Notes: generated from the sequence alone by a model not told the origin. A stretch of DNA of 63,513 nucleotides, filler included, from Reclinomonas americana ATCC 50394 (GCA_048213135.1; 21 parts of 21 records of this genome joined end to end with filler, not necessarily neighbours in it), one strand, 5' to 3'. Counted from the first letter of the whole stretch, positions 26,784 through 40,512 are shown. A program made the numbers and translations.

Positions 26784-27009
26784 CAGAGGGAGGAGGGAGA
26801 GAGAGAGAGAGAGAGAGAAGGAAGGAGAGAAAANNNNNNNNNNNNNNNNNNNNNNNNNNNNNNNNNNNNNNNNNNNNTTAATTAATTAANNNNNNNNNNN
26901 NNNNNNNNNNNNNNNNNNNNNNNNNNNNNNNNNTCTCCCTTCACAGAATCCTTCTCCACCCTCACTCTTCTCTCCTTCCCTTGTCGCCTGTGGCGATTTC
27001 CTACACCTT

Positions 27010-27228
27010 GGACTCGCCGCAGCCTCAGCGCAATTAGAACCATCGCGTCGCTACTGCAGCACACCCACCAGCTTCAACGAGTTCAGCGTCTACGTAGGCC
27101 GCTGACACCATTTGCGCCATGAAATCCTTTCGAGGCCAACACGCGTTTGATTGGCTTTGCCTTTCGAAAGGGAAGATGACTGTTGGTATTTGTGGATTGG
27201 AATGTGGTGAATGAAGTGTTTTGATTGT
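27010..27228. repeat. Dispersed non-coding repeat, copy 1
   Basis: About 170 bp is the reverse complement of 37171-37340, followed by ATTGGAATGTGGTGAATGAAGTGTTTTG. Confidence 0.8.
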
Positions 27229-27420
27229 TGACCTCCACTTTGCATACCAGCAGGGGAAGTGCCAATCTGCATGCATCCGCTCGCTCTCCGTACTGAACTA
27301 AACCACGAAATGCGCCACTGGCGGCTGCCGCAAGTTGCTTGAAAGCCTTTTCAGTCGGCGAGCAGGACTGCCCGGGTGGAGCAACTGTCCGCTGCGGGGT
27401 TTGAGTGCGCGACAATAACA

Positions 27421-29108
27421 ATGACCAGCACCGCGATATGTTCGCCGATGCTGCCTCTCCTCCACTTCGTGCTGATCATTAGCGCCCTGTTGGTGGCAGC
27501 GCCGACGACAAGCAGTGCACAAAGTTGAGAATGCGTGAGTTTGTGTCGAGTTTAAATTTGTGGCTGGCCATGCGCGCACTTGCGTTCGTTCCGTTTTTGC
27601 TGACAGCGAACACGCAGTTACTGTGAGCACGGCGGTCTCGATTGCTGGCGAGGAGGTGTGAGTGTTCCTCTCTCCGCATGTGTGGCAAAGATTCACTCCT
27701 CACGAGTGCATCATCATGCTGCGCATCTTGTTGCAACAGACGCGAGCATGCTTCTGCACGCGGCATCCTATGCTGTACTTGCGCTCTACATGCGCGCTGC
27801 AGTGGGTGATTTACAATCGGCAGCAGCGTACCGTTTTAGTGCTGAAGTGTGCGGCGCCGACAGACCCAGCCATGGAAGGAAAGTATGTTCCCGGTGGTGT
27901 CAATATCGGGCGTGGCGAGTGGCACGTGGTCGCTGCAGACACGCCTGCAGAGCAACTGGAGCGACAGTTACTGTCGAACTGCATGCGTGACTGGGTGTGT
28001 GGCCGCTGCTTTTGTGCGCAGCATTCGATCTTCTTCTCCTCACGTCAAATTTGTTTTGTGTGTGAGCAGCTGATATAGAGGGCAATGGTCGCGGTGAGTA
28101 GGTGCGACCGGGATTGCATTCCTTCCGCGCGCGCGCGCGCGCTCACCTGCTGTGCACACACACGCAGCACTCACCGACGTGTGGTACATGGTAACCGACA
28201 AGTTCCCGGAGGCCAACGATCCGTCGAACGTGGAGCTTATACAGCGCGGCAATATCGAGGGCGACAATCGGCTGTTTCCCGCACCGTACCTGACGCCTGC
28301 CTCGCCCCAGCTGCCACTTGTGTCGTGCCTGACAATCACCGATCGACGCGTCTGGTACGCCTTGCGCTCGGTGTATCTCTTCCAGCAGCAAACGTACGTC
28401 AACCGCGAGCTGGTGATTGTGACCAAGAACCGCGCGACGGCGACAATGCTCCGCGGCATTCTTCAGCAGCTTGGCGACTCTCGCATTCGCCTGTTCGATG
28501 TGCAAACATCAACAGAAGAGGAACGCCAGCAGCTGACACTGGGTGACTTGCGGAACCATGCGGTGGCGATGGCGCGCGGCGAGTACGTGGCAGTGTGGGA
28601 CGATGACGATATTTTCGATCCCGATCGGCTCGCCGTGCAGATGCAGGCCATTTTGCGCTTCGACTCGTTACACGTGGTGGCGTCGACTCTAGCACGCGAG
28701 ATTGTCTGGAACGCCAACGTGTGGCCACCGATAATCTCTTTTACGGACATTTGGCATTCGTATAACACGCTCGTCTGCCGCAAGTCGGTCATGCCAATGT
28801 ACCCTCGTCTCAACAGAGGCGAGGATATACCAGTGATGCACCACTTGTTCCAGTCGGTGCGCATAATAATGGTCGATGCACCTACGCTGTTCTGGTACGT
28901 GCAGCACGGCAACAACACAGTCTCAGCGGAGGACTTCGACTCCTTGCGCACCGTCCAGTCAGTTGTCCTGAGTGGTGTTTCAGCCATGACGCTGCACGGG
29001 GAAATGCTGCGGCGAACCGGCCTGGTAGGCCCACAAGCTACCGTTCCAGCCTCGCATCCTGTGCTCTGCATGACCGCTGGTGATCAAGCGGCAACTGGCG
29101 AGGCCTGA
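27421..29108 (+). CDS. Glycosyltransferase family 2 protein with signal peptide, multi-exon
   Basis: Signal MLPLLHFVLIISALLVAAP; PLVSCL, QQTYVNRELVIV, LGDLRN..ARGEYVAVWDDDD, GED. Confidence 0.85.
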
Positions 29109-29632
29109 GAAGACATTCAGGCGCCTGTACATGTGTGGGGGGAGAAGAGAGAGTTCCCCTTTATGCATTCCCTCTCGTTGTCTTCGTGAGCTCTTCCGTC
29201 CTCTTCTGAGAGAGTCAATGAACATTCTTGACCAATATGCATGACATCGCCTCAGGTTCACGCAACAACAGTTTGTTCGAAGGACTTGCATTAATTGATC
29301 GAACTGTTTCATTTTGCGTAAGCAACATGATTTTTGCGAGGATGAGTCCATTTCTCTAGTCGGTTCATCCGACTCATCCTCGTTTTGCTCGTCGTGTAGG
29401 AGAGGCCCTCCCGACCCACCCTTTTCTTTGCTCGTCTCTTCGTCCTTCCCATCCTCGTTTTGCTCGTTTCCGTCTGTCTCGTCTTATTTCTCTCGGTTTT
29501 GATGNNNNNNNNNNNNNNNNNNNNNNNNNNNNNNNNNNNNNNNNNNNNTTAATTAATTAANNNNNNNNNNNNNNNNNNNNNNNNNNNNNNNNNNNNNNNN
29601 NNNNTCTCACCTCTCTTCCCTTCCTCGCTCCT

Positions 29633-29679
<47 letters not shown>

Positions 29680-30253
29680 CGCTCTTTCTCGCTCTCTCTC
29701 TCCCTTTCTCCCCCTCCTCCTACCGGTCTAAGCATTGGCCATCCTGTCACAGTTTCTCAGTGGCGAACTCTGTTTCGTTTTGTCGAACGAATAATTCATC
29801 GAAAGAGCAAGCATCGCATTGTCTCCTTTCACCCACACTCCCCACGCACACACGTTCGAGCGGACACCAGGCAGATTTCTTTCTTTCGCCACTTTGGTAT
29901 TCTCGACAAGTAGTGTACTTGTGTGCATAAATACAGTGTGCTGCGCCAGCAAGGTGAGCTGTCAACAAACACACATTTTGGTTGCACACCACACACACGC
30001 ACACCACACACTTACACGCACGCACACACGCACACGTAAGTGCACACAAACGCACAACACATGCACTCACGTTCGCGCACCACGCATCCAAAAGTGGTGC
30101 ACATGTTTGTTCTTTGTGCGCGACATGGCCACGTTTTCGCGCGCATTCTTGCACCTCTCATGAGCTCATGTATTTTATTATGTGCGTATGCTCCACTGTA
30201 GTGTGTGAACGTACGCCGCAACAACAACAACCATTAGCTCCCAGACAAGCAAG

Positions 30254-32656
30254 ATGACGATGGCGTGGACCAGTGTCTTTGTCGCGGTAGTGTTGCTGGT
30301 GGCCATGTCTGCGGTCAGCGTTCGTTGCGTCTCTTTTCCTCCTGCGATACGTATACAGAAGTACACTAAGAAGCGTTCATGTGCGTCTCCCACTCCCAAC
30401 TGACCCCATCATCATCTATATGCAGATGGAAAAGAAAGCACGACTTGCGCCGCTGTGCCGCACGAGTCGAAGCGCATTTGGTGGTCGGTGGCCTCCAATG
30501 CCGACGGCACTAAGCTGGCGGCCGTGGCCGAGTTCGGCCGCATCTACACCTCCACCGACTCGGGTGCGACGTGGACGCCGCGCGACACGAACCGCTACTG
30601 GGTCAGTGTGGCCTCCAGCAGCGACGGCACCAAGTTGGTGGCCTGCGTGTACTGTGGTGGTCAGATCTACACCTCCTCCGACTCGGGCGCGACGTGGACG
30701 CCGCGCGCGTCGGTGCAAGCGTGGTCGTCGGTGGCCTCCAGCGCCGACGGTACCAAGCTGGTGGCCGTGGCCTTCAGTGACTCGATTTACACCTCCACTG
30801 ACTCGGGCGCGACGTGGACGCCGCGCGCGTCCCACCGCGATTGGGTCTATGTGGCCTCCAGCGCTGACGGCACCAAGTTGGTGGCCGTGGTGAATGGCGG
30901 CCAGATCTACACCTCCACCGATTCGGGTGCGACGTGGACGGCCCGCGACTCCAGTCGACCGTGGGCGGCCGTGGCCTCCAGCGCGGATGGCGCCAAGCTG
31001 GTGGCGGTCACCCACGGTGGTCAGATCTACACCTCCACCGATTCCGGCGCAACGTGGACGGCGCGCGAGTCGGCGCGATTGTGGCGATCGGTGGCCTCAA
31101 GCAGCGACGGGTCGAAGCTGGTGGCTGTGGTCGGCAACGACAAGATCTACACGTCGAGCAACTCGGGTGTGACGTGGTCGGCTGTAGACTCGAATCGCAA
31201 CTGGTTTGCCGTGGCCTCCAACGCCGCCGGCACGAAGGTGGTGGCGAGTGTGTACGACGGACAGATCTACACGTTGGATGTCAGCACGTGCGCGCCGTGC
31301 TCGGGCCACGGCACGTTGAACAACGACGGTTCGTGCACGTGCTCCGGCGACTACGTGAATGCCACTTGCAACTGCAGTCCCTCGGTGACGTGCTCCGGCC
31401 ACGGAATGTGCCAGAGCGACGGCACGTGCCAGTGCAGCAACAACTATTACGGTGCCTCGTGCAATGTGAACTGTGTGGCGGCGACGACGTGCTCGGGTAA
31501 CGGAACGTGCAAGAGTGACGGCACGTGCCAGTGCAGCGCTGGTTTCACTGGAGCGGCGTGCGGCACTGCAACTTCAACCTGCGTGGCGGCGACGACGTGC
31601 TCCGGCAACGGCACGTGCAAGCCTGACGGTACATGCCAGTGCAACAACAACTACTACGGTGCCTCGTGCAATGTGAACTGTGTGGCGGCGACGGCATGCT
31701 CCGGTCACGGAACATGTAAGACAGACGGCACATGCCAGTGCACGGGCGACTACACCAACGCCAACTGCAACTGCAGTCCCTCTATCACGTGCTCCGGTCA
31801 TGGAACGTGCAAGACTGACGGTACGTGCCAGTGCAATGCCAACTATTACGGCACCTCGTGCAACGTGAACTGCGTGGCGGCGACGACATGCTCCGGCAAC
31901 GGCACGTGCAAGCCTGACGGTACATGCCAGTGCAACAACAACTACTACGGTGCTTCGTGCAACGTGAACTGCGTGGCGGCGACGACTTGCTCCGGTCATG
32001 GAACGTGCAAGACTGACGGTACGTGCCAGTGCACGGGCGACTACTCCAACGCCAACTGCAACTGCAGTCCCTCCGCCACGTGCTCTGGTCATGGAACGTG
32101 CAAGACGGACGGCACATGTCTGTGTACGGGCGACTACAGCAATGCCAGCTGCAACTGCAGTCCCTCCGCCACGTGCTCCGGCCACGGAACGTGCAACGCC
32201 GATGGTACTTGCCAGTGCACGGGCGACTACACCAATGCCAGCTGCAACTGCAGTCCCAGCGTCACGTGCGGTGGAGGCGGGTGCAGCCTTGACGGTACCT
32301 GCGAGTGCTTGGCGGACGATTTGCAGTGCTCAAGTGCCTCCCAGTGCTGCGGTGGTTTTTGCAATTACGGGTTCTGCTCGACCAGCTGCTCCGCAGTCGA
32401 CAGCTTGTGCTACGATTCCATGGAGTGCTGCAGCGGTATATGCGACAGCGGCATGTGTGTGCTGCCGCCTGCCCTTGAATGCCTTTTCGAGCACGCCCCG
32501 TGCTTTTTGACCGAATTCTGCTGTGAGTATTCCCCGTACTGTGTTAATGGTTTTTGCTCGAGGACTTGTGGCGCTGTCGGTGCTGGTTGCACGTCCGACG
32601 TCGACTGCTGCTTTCACAATTGCAGCAACAATGTTTGCGCCAATCCCCCCATTTAA
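30254..32656 (+). CDS. Secreted Asp-box (BNR) beta-propeller + EGF-like repeats + four knottin-like repeats, paralog A
   Basis: Signal-peptide exon; seven SVASSADGTKLVA..GQIYTSTDSGATWT blades; CSGHGTC..DGTCQC repeats; C-terminal C-C-CC-C-C units. Confidence 0.85.
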
Positions 32657-33015
32657 GCCTGGGTACCGATATTCGTTGCCGTTTTCTTCCCCTTTGTTTT
32701 CCGTGTGATGTGCGATGTCACTCGGTTCTTTTTCTTTATGATCCCCACCCCCTCACCCCCTTGATGCATTCCCCCTGGTTGTCTTCGTCGTCTTCTTCCG
32801 AGAGAAAGAATGAACACAAAATTGAGCAACCGGGACAACATGACAAGCTTGTATTCCTCGTCTGTCCCCTCCACTTCTTCTGCATCAGATCCATCGCCTG
32901 TCGGAGTCAGTGGTGTTGCAACGCTGTGTGCGTGTGTATGATGGGTACTGGCGTCAAATCAGTGGGGTGTTGTGAGAGGAGAGAGGGTGAGAGAAAGACG
33001 GGGAAATGGGAGTGT

Positions 33016-33051
<36 letters not shown>

Positions 33052-34754
33052 TCTTTCTTTGCTCGACCTGTGCTCGCTCTCTCTTCTTCCACAGCGTTCC
33101 CATCTTCACTCCTTCACTGCGCCCTCTTTCAACTCATGCCTCTCCTCTCTGTTTTCTTTCTCTCCCCTTGCGCAGCACTCTCAGTTCTCCATGCCATTGT
33201 CTCTCTCCTGTGTCTTTTTTTCTTTCCATTCTCCTTGTGATCCCGTCCTTCCCAGCTTCTCTTCTCTTCTCTTCACACTCATGTTTCATTCTCAGCTCAC
33301 TCGCCGCAGCACTCACCGACTCCCCTCCCCCTCCACAACACTCGCGGTTCTCTTTCCCCGTCGAATCTTGTCTCCCTTGACAACACACCTTCCCCCACCC
33401 CCGGCACTCTGCCTCCTTTTCCTCTCCACTTCGCGCCTTCCTGTGATGGGCACATGCGTATGCTGCCTCCCTTGCTCACTCTCATCTCCTTCCCACAGCG
33501 CCATAATGTCCCTCTTGTCTTCGCATCAACCTCCAGCATCCCTCTCCGCCCTGCCTCTTCCACTCTTTCACCTTGCCATCTTCGTCACAACACACCCTCC
33601 CCAGCACTCACCAACTCTGTTGCCTCTTAGTTCTCATAATCAGCATCCTTCTCCCTCTGTCTTCTTTTCGTTTGCCCATCTTGCCTCTTGTGAATGACGT
33701 TGCGAGAATCCGTGCTCTGTGTCTTGTCTCCCGCCTTAAAACAACTCTCAAAATGTCCCCACACTTCTCCCATATGCATGAACTCACCACTTACCTTGCT
33801 CTTTTCTCAGTACTCTTCTTCATCGTCACAGCTGCCTCTCTCTTTCTCGAACCTCAGTGTCTTCCTCGCTTTTTGCCTTCTCTTCTGTTGTCAACGAGCC
33901 TGCTCGCTCAGTGGCATCGCCCGCTCGTGAGTCTTGTCGCTGCGCTTGCTCAAAACCGGACCTCTTCCGCTGTTCCACAGATGGCGTGCTTGTGTGACGA
34001 CCAGCCTTCCTCGTTCTCTGTCAAAGTATGCATCTCACTCTCCTGCCTCCTTGCACATTTACTCCAGCACACCAACTGACATCTCCCCTTTGTTCTGCAT
34101 CCCAACTTGTTCCCTCTTTTGTATTACTCTCTTCCGTTTTGCCAAAGTTGGTGAAACAGAGGGGAGACAATGAGAGGGGAATGAAAGGATTGCACGAGGA
34201 AGAACGAAAGTGAGCAACACCTAGTTTCGTGCATTCTTCCCATGAGCAGATACCACTGACAGTTCGGTAGCGTCATGCCCATGCCAATGCCGGGAGGACA
34301 GCGAATATCCCGGCGAGCTTTATTGTTGGCTGTATCGATTTTCTTTGCAGTGCGTGTGCGTGTGAAGCGGACGCAAGATTCATAACTACATCACCACCCT
34401 GTGACAGCAGACAGACAACAACGCCCACTGTATCCTTCGCCATGGTGAGCAATCGCAACCGCACTGTGTGCCGCGCACGCGTCCTTGTTTTCTTGCAAAC
34501 AACCAGACTCACGCGCACACAAGCGCGGACAGTACACACGCATGCGCACGCCCACGTCTCCTCTAGCAGCGACAGTTGAATGAGTGAGAGAGAGAGAGAG
34601 AGGGAGAGAGCATCGCACATTTTTGTTCATCACTTCGCCCGATATTCGCGCGCATGTCTGTTTTTCTCACCGCGCATGCTGTGTGCCCCACCACAGTGTG
34701 TGAACGAAGCAAGTAACAATAGCAACGACAACAATGAGCTCCCAGACAAGCAAG

Positions 34755-36724
34755 ATGACGATGGCGTGGACCAGCGTGCTGGCCGTGCTGGTGTTGCTGG
34801 TGGCCATGTCCGCGGTCAGCGTTCGTTGCGTCTCTTTTTCTCCTTCGCGGTCATGTGCATCTCTTCCACTCATCATCTGAACGTAGGCGGACAAGCGGCG
34901 CCCACTTGCACCGCCGTGGCGCACGAATCCAAGCGCATTTGGTGGTCCGTTGCCTCCAATGCCGACGGCAGCAAGCTGGCGGCCGTGGTCGAGTTCGGCC
35001 GCATCTACACCTCCACCGACTCGGGTGCGACGTGGACGCCGCGCGACACGAACCGCTACTGGGTCAGTGTGGCCTCCAGCAGCGACGGCTCGAAGTTGGT
35101 GGCCTGCGTGTACTGTGGTGGTCAGATCTACACCTCCACCGACTCGGGCGCGACGTGGACACCGCGCGCGTCGGTGCAAGCGTGGTCGGCTGTGGCCTCC
35201 AGTGCCGATGGCACGAAGCTGGTGGCTGTGGCCTTCAGTGACTCGATCTACACCTCCACGGACTCGGGCGCAACGTGGACGCCGCGCGCGTCCCACCGCG
35301 ATTGGGTCTATGTGGCCTCCAGCGCTGACGGCACCAAGTTGGTGGCCGTGGTGAATGGCGGGCAGATCTACACCTCCACCGACTCGGGCGCGACGTGGAC
35401 GGCCCGCGACTCCAATCGACCGTGGGCGGCAGTGGCCTCCAGCGCGGACGGCGCCAAGCTGGTGGCCGTCACCCACGGTGGTCAGATCTACACCTCCACC
35501 GATTCCGGAGCGACGTGGACGGCTCGCGAGTCGGCGCGGCTGTGGCGTTCGGTGGCCTCGAGCAGCGACGGATCGAAGCTGGTGGCGGTGGTCGGCAACG
35601 ACAAGATCTATACGTCGAGCAACTCGGGTGTGTCGTGGACGGCTCGCGACTCCGACCGCAACTGGTTTGCCGTGGCCTCCAATGCCGCCGGCACAAAGGT
35701 GGTGGCGAGTGTGTATGACGGTCAGATCTACACGCTGGACGTCAGCACGTGCGCTCCGTGCTCGGGCCACGGCACGTTGAACAACGACGGGTCATGCACG
35801 TGCGCCGGCGACTACACCAATGCCACTTGCAACTGCAGTCCCTCGGTGACGTGCTCCGGCCACGGAACGTGCAAGAGTGACGGCTCGTGCCAGTGTGCCA
35901 CCAACTACTACGGTGCCTCGTGCAATGTGAACTGTGTGGCGACGACGACGTGCTCGGGTAACGGAACGTGCAAGAGTGACGGCACGTGCCAGTGTGCCAC
36001 CAACTATTACGGTGCCTCGTGCAATGTGAACTGTGTGGCATCCACCACGTGTTCCGGCCACGGCACGTGCGAAAGTGACGGTACGTGCCAATGCAGCGCT
36101 GGTTTCACCGGTGCAGCGTGCGGCACTGCAACTTCGAATTCAAACTGCGTGGCGGCTACGACGTGCTCTGGTCACGGATCGTGCAACCCTGACGGATCAT
36201 GCGCATGCGACGCTGACTATTACGGTGCCTCGTGCAACGTGAACTGTGTGGCGGCGACGACATGCACCGGTAACGGAACGTGCAAGAGTGACGGCACGTG
36301 CCTGTGCAATGACGATTACGTCAACCCCAGCTGCAACTGCAGTCCCTCTACCAACTGCTCTAGCCTATTCGCTTGCAAGGCTGACGGTATGTGCGACTGC
36401 ACCGCCAACAATGAGTCGTGCACAAGCGCAAGCCAGTGCTGCGGTGGCCATTGTGGCTACGGGGTGTGCTCCTCGTCTTGCCTTGAGCTCGCAGAGCTGT
36501 GTTACGATTCGAGCGAATGCTGCACGGGCTATTGCAACAGCGGCCAGTGTGCAATTGCCTGCTTGCAAGAAACTGAGTTCTGCACCGATGCAGACCAGTG
36601 CTGTTCCAGCGCTCCTCACTGTGTGCATGGTAACTGCTCGTCGACTTGCGGTGCAGCCTTCTTTAGCTGCACTCGCAACACGGATTGTTGCAGTGGGGCA
36701 TGTGCAAACCAAAGGTGCATTTGA
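34755..36724 (+). CDS. Secreted Asp-box + EGF + knottin-repeat protein, paralog B
   Basis: Same architecture and intron as paralog A, with fewer EGF units. Confidence 0.85.
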
Positions 36725-37170
36725 TTTGCGATGTTCCGGTCCCCAGCGATGTTTCCACCTCCTTTCCCCTTGATGCATTCCCTCTTCTCGTCTTCGTGAA
36801 CTCCTGAGAGAATGAAAATGCAACAACAAGTATTCATGCACCAGCAAACGCAACAGTTGTCTTGATGCAAACATTATTTCCAACCAGGTCCAGACTCTTT
36901 CTTGTGTTCCAACAAACCTTCCGCCTCCACTGCTTTGCGTTGCAATAAGTGACCACAAATCCCTTGCTGACAATGACCTTCGCACACCAACAATATAGAC
37001 ACACAAGTACTCTTCTTCAACAGTAACAACAACTACAACTTTACTAACCCAAACAGCAACACAGCTGCATGATGATCACCATCTTGATCATGAGTGAGCA
37101 CCAGAAACTCAGACATCACGAGAAAAGCGAGAAAAAGTCGAGATGGCTAATGCTGGCGTTTCTGCAAGAG

Positions 37171-37650
37171 CATCTTCCCTTTCAGGCCTAGGAGGCAAAG
37201 CCAATCAAACGCGTGTTGGCCTCGCGATCGACAGGATTTCGAGGCGCCTATGATGTCAGCGCTAGCGGCCATACGTAGTCGCTGAACTCGCTGAAGCTGG
37301 GTGCTGCAGTAGCGTTCTAGTTGCCCTGAGGCTGTGGCGCATGCGCAGCTGCTGCGGGTGGGAGATAATTTGTCGGCAAGGGATTTGTGGACGTTTGTTG
37401 CATTATTGGAATGTGGTTATTTGTCGCATTATTGGAATGTGGTGAATGAAGTGTTTTGTTTGTAATGAAGTGTTTTGTACATATGTGTGGTTGATTCGAA
37501 TTCGAATTCTGCACCTATATGTCATTGTGATTGCTTGGCTTTGCCTACTGAAAAGGAAGATGACTAGTTGGAGAAGTTTCTGGTAGTTTGTGCCTTGGTC
37601 ATTGTCGGCATGGGATTTGTGCACATTAATATTGGAGTGTTTGTTGCAAT
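37171..37650. repeat. Dispersed non-coding repeat, copy 2, with an internal inverted repeat
   Basis: CATCTTCC..GGCAAAGCCAA (37171-37204) is inverted relative to TTGGCTTTGCC..GGAAGATG (37535-37562). Confidence 0.75.
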
Positions 37651-37837
37651 TGTATAAAAAACGTTTTGAGCCGGTTACAGCCGGATCCAGACTCGCTCTT
37701 GCGTTCCAAAGAAAACCACCATGCACACCTACAACGAAGCCTCGACTTCTTTCCGATCCGGACCGGGCTTTTGCATTTCCAAAGCCCACTTCCATCATTG
37801 TTCGACAGCAGGACCGTCGACGTGCATTGTAAACGAA

Positions 37838-38151
37838 ATGCTGAGCCGGAGCAGCTCTGCCTCCGCAGCTGCATCAGTAGGAGGAGGTGTCCCCTCCTCC
37901 TCCTCCACTTCGCCTTCCCCTTCTTCTGCATCAGCTTCGTCGCCATTGGGAGTGTTCTTCTCGTCGTTGTTTGGCGGAGTCGGAATGGTGTATGTGGTGT
38001 TGGTGTCGTGTGTGATGATTGTGGGCACGTGGACGTGGACACTGGCGTCGAATCGGTGGATTGTTGCGTGAGAGTAGAGGGAGAGAGAGGGGGGGGAAAG
38101 AAGGGGGGAAGAGATGAGAGAAGAGTGAGTGAGTGAGTGAGAGAGAGGGTG

Positions 38152-38211
<60 letters not shown>

Positions 38212-40512
38212 TGAGTGTGAGAGAGAGAGAGCTTGTGTGTGTGAGAGGCATTGAGTAATCTGTGTTCGGGTCTTCTCGCTCTTCTTCTCTTCACTGACTT
38301 GGAGCTCCTTCCTCATTGCTCGATTGTGCCTGCCTGCCTCTCTCTCTCTCTCTGTTCCATTGTGCTCTCAGTCTCTCTGCTCTTCCTTCAGCGATTTGCA
38401 AGCTCTTGCGCTCCTTCTTGTCTTCTCCTCGTTGTTGCTTGACATCCTCTTGCCTGCTTCTCGTTTCTCTCCTCTCTCACCAACCACCTTGTCTCTTTCT
38501 CCCTTTTGAGTTCTCCCTTCGTCCCCATCTCAGCTCATGTTTCTTCACGTCATCCTTCCTCTGTCTTCTTTTCTTCTTCCCTTCTCGATTGACTTTGCAA
38601 GAGGTTGTGTGCTCTCTCGCCCTCTTTTTCTCCCTTCTCATCTCTCTCTCTCTCTCTCTCAAGTCTCTCCCACAGTCTCTCTTTCTCCTTCACAGTTCTC
38701 CTTTCTGCATCATTCCAGCTCACATCTTCGCATCCTCCGTCCTTTGTCTTCTTTTCTTCTCCTCTTGCCTGTGGTGATTGACGTCTGTCCCCCTTGTCTC
38801 TATTCTCCATAGCGCTCTCATCTTGACATTCTCTCACCTTGCCCTTCGCAACAGCCTCATGTTTCCTTCTCTTCTCTTTCTCGCTCTCTCTCTCTCTCTC
38901 TCTTAAACACTCGCCAACTCACACTGTCTCTCCCCCCTTGCACTTTGTTCTATTCTCCGCTTTCCAGCTGCCTTCTCCACCTCCCTCTGTCAAGCCTTCT
39001 CTCCATTTTGCGAGTGACTTTGCAAGAGGTCGTGTGCTTCATAGCACTCCTCGTTCCCTCTTTTCATTGCCCATCATCTTACCCTTCTTTCTATCTCTCT
39101 CTCTCTCTCCCCCTCTCTGTCTCTCCATCTTCAGCGCTCTCAGTTCTGATCTTCACTTTTTGCAACGTGCTTCTCTGCCTTCCCTCTGTCTTCTTACCGT
39201 CTTCCCCTCTCGCCCCTTGCGATCGACAGCGCTTTCTTGCTCCATTGCTCGCTTGTCTTCTTTATCTTTCTTCCTCCCTTGCCCTTCTCTTCTTGTTCAC
39301 GTTTGTCTCCGCTCTGAGTTCCTTCTTCGCCTCTCCCACATTCTTGATGCCCTTCTTCGTATCCATTCTCGTGCTCCGCCTTCCAAAACTCTCTTTTGCT
39401 CCTTTCGCCATCTCTTTCCTGACTTGCCCCTGTTGTAGTACGCCGCCTCCCCTCAAGTCTCCGTCTTCGTCTACGTCGGCCTCCTCCACCTGCAACTCTG
39501 CGTGCAGGGCGAGTGCCGTTTCGTCAACTTTGACAATCAAATCGCCGCCGACAACTCGTGGGACTCGTCTGGACGCGACAACTTTCTGTGGATTGTGCTG
39601 GCCTGCGTCGGCTACGTGATTGGCTCGGTGTTCTACGTCATGTTCCTGCGCTCGCATCGAGTGCCCGTGTGGCGGTGGATGGGATTCGTTGCGTCAGGGG
39701 GAGGAGAAGGGAGAAGGGAGTGAAGGGGAAGTTATGGAGTGTGTGTGTATCTTTTCTGCGTGTGCTTCGTGTGAGTAGGCTGCGCCCCTCTGATTGTGCG
39801 ACAACGATGCATTCCTTTTGCTATGCTGTGTGTGTGTGCTGCCTGATCTATATGCTTGCTCTATCCCTTTTTCCATGTCCACTGCTGACTCCTGTAGACC
39901 CCCCTCTCTGCTGTTCTCCTTTCCTTCTTATCCCGTTCTCTTCCCTTGCCGGCGACGACGTTGGCACACCAACAATATACAAATCCGCACTCTCATTCTT
40001 CGTTGCTGGTCTCCTTTCCCCTCTTATCCCTCTTCCCAGTCCCTCACCTCTCTTTTATTTTTCTTTTTCCCCATCTCCCCATTCCCCAGTTCTTCATCTC
40101 CGGCGCCTCCTGCATGTCCCTCATCGGCATGGCCACGTACACCGCCTCCATCGTCCTCCCCACCAGCGACGCGAACCAAACAGGCGGCTTCGACACTGCC
40201 TTTGTCATCTCGTGGACCACGTCGGCGTACGGTTCGCCGCCCGTCTCCCTCCTTCCCACCCTCCCTCCCTCCCTCCTGTTTCTGATGTACCTGCTGTGCT
40301 CAGCCACCACCACCGCGCTAATGGCCGGTCTGTGCATCGACCGCCGCCACAGAAGACGTTCGCAGCGCGCCACCATGATGAAAACGCTCGGCACTGACGC
40401 CCTTCTTGGCGGCGGCGGATCATCTGCGTACGGACGCTTTGCCGGCACCTCAACCTCCAGCTCCTCACTGGCCTCCAGCCAGTACTATGCCGCCGGCAGG
40501 TTAATCTCATGA
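37838..40512 (+). CDS. Claudin/PMP22-like tetraspan membrane protein, 4 exons
   Basis: TM1, then SNRW...YVGLLHLQLCVQGEC (W-GL-C-C loop), three more hydrophobic segments and a basic/Ser-rich tail. Exon phases are consistent. Confidence 0.6.

Noticed and set aside
27521..27530. Apparent in-frame TGA after the GT2 signal peptide (recoding or frameshift)
   Set aside because: Removed by a GTTGAG donor at 27524. TGA is a normal stop in SFXN and DUT.
30480..31270. Regular ~120-bp repeats resembling a CRISPR array
   Set aside because: In-frame protein repeats (Asp-box blades) with no unique spacers and no cas genes.
32700..34300. Long Leu/Ser/Phe-rich or Glu/Arg-rich ORFs here and near many gaps
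   Set aside because: Artefacts of CT/GA low-complexity intronic or intergenic DNA.
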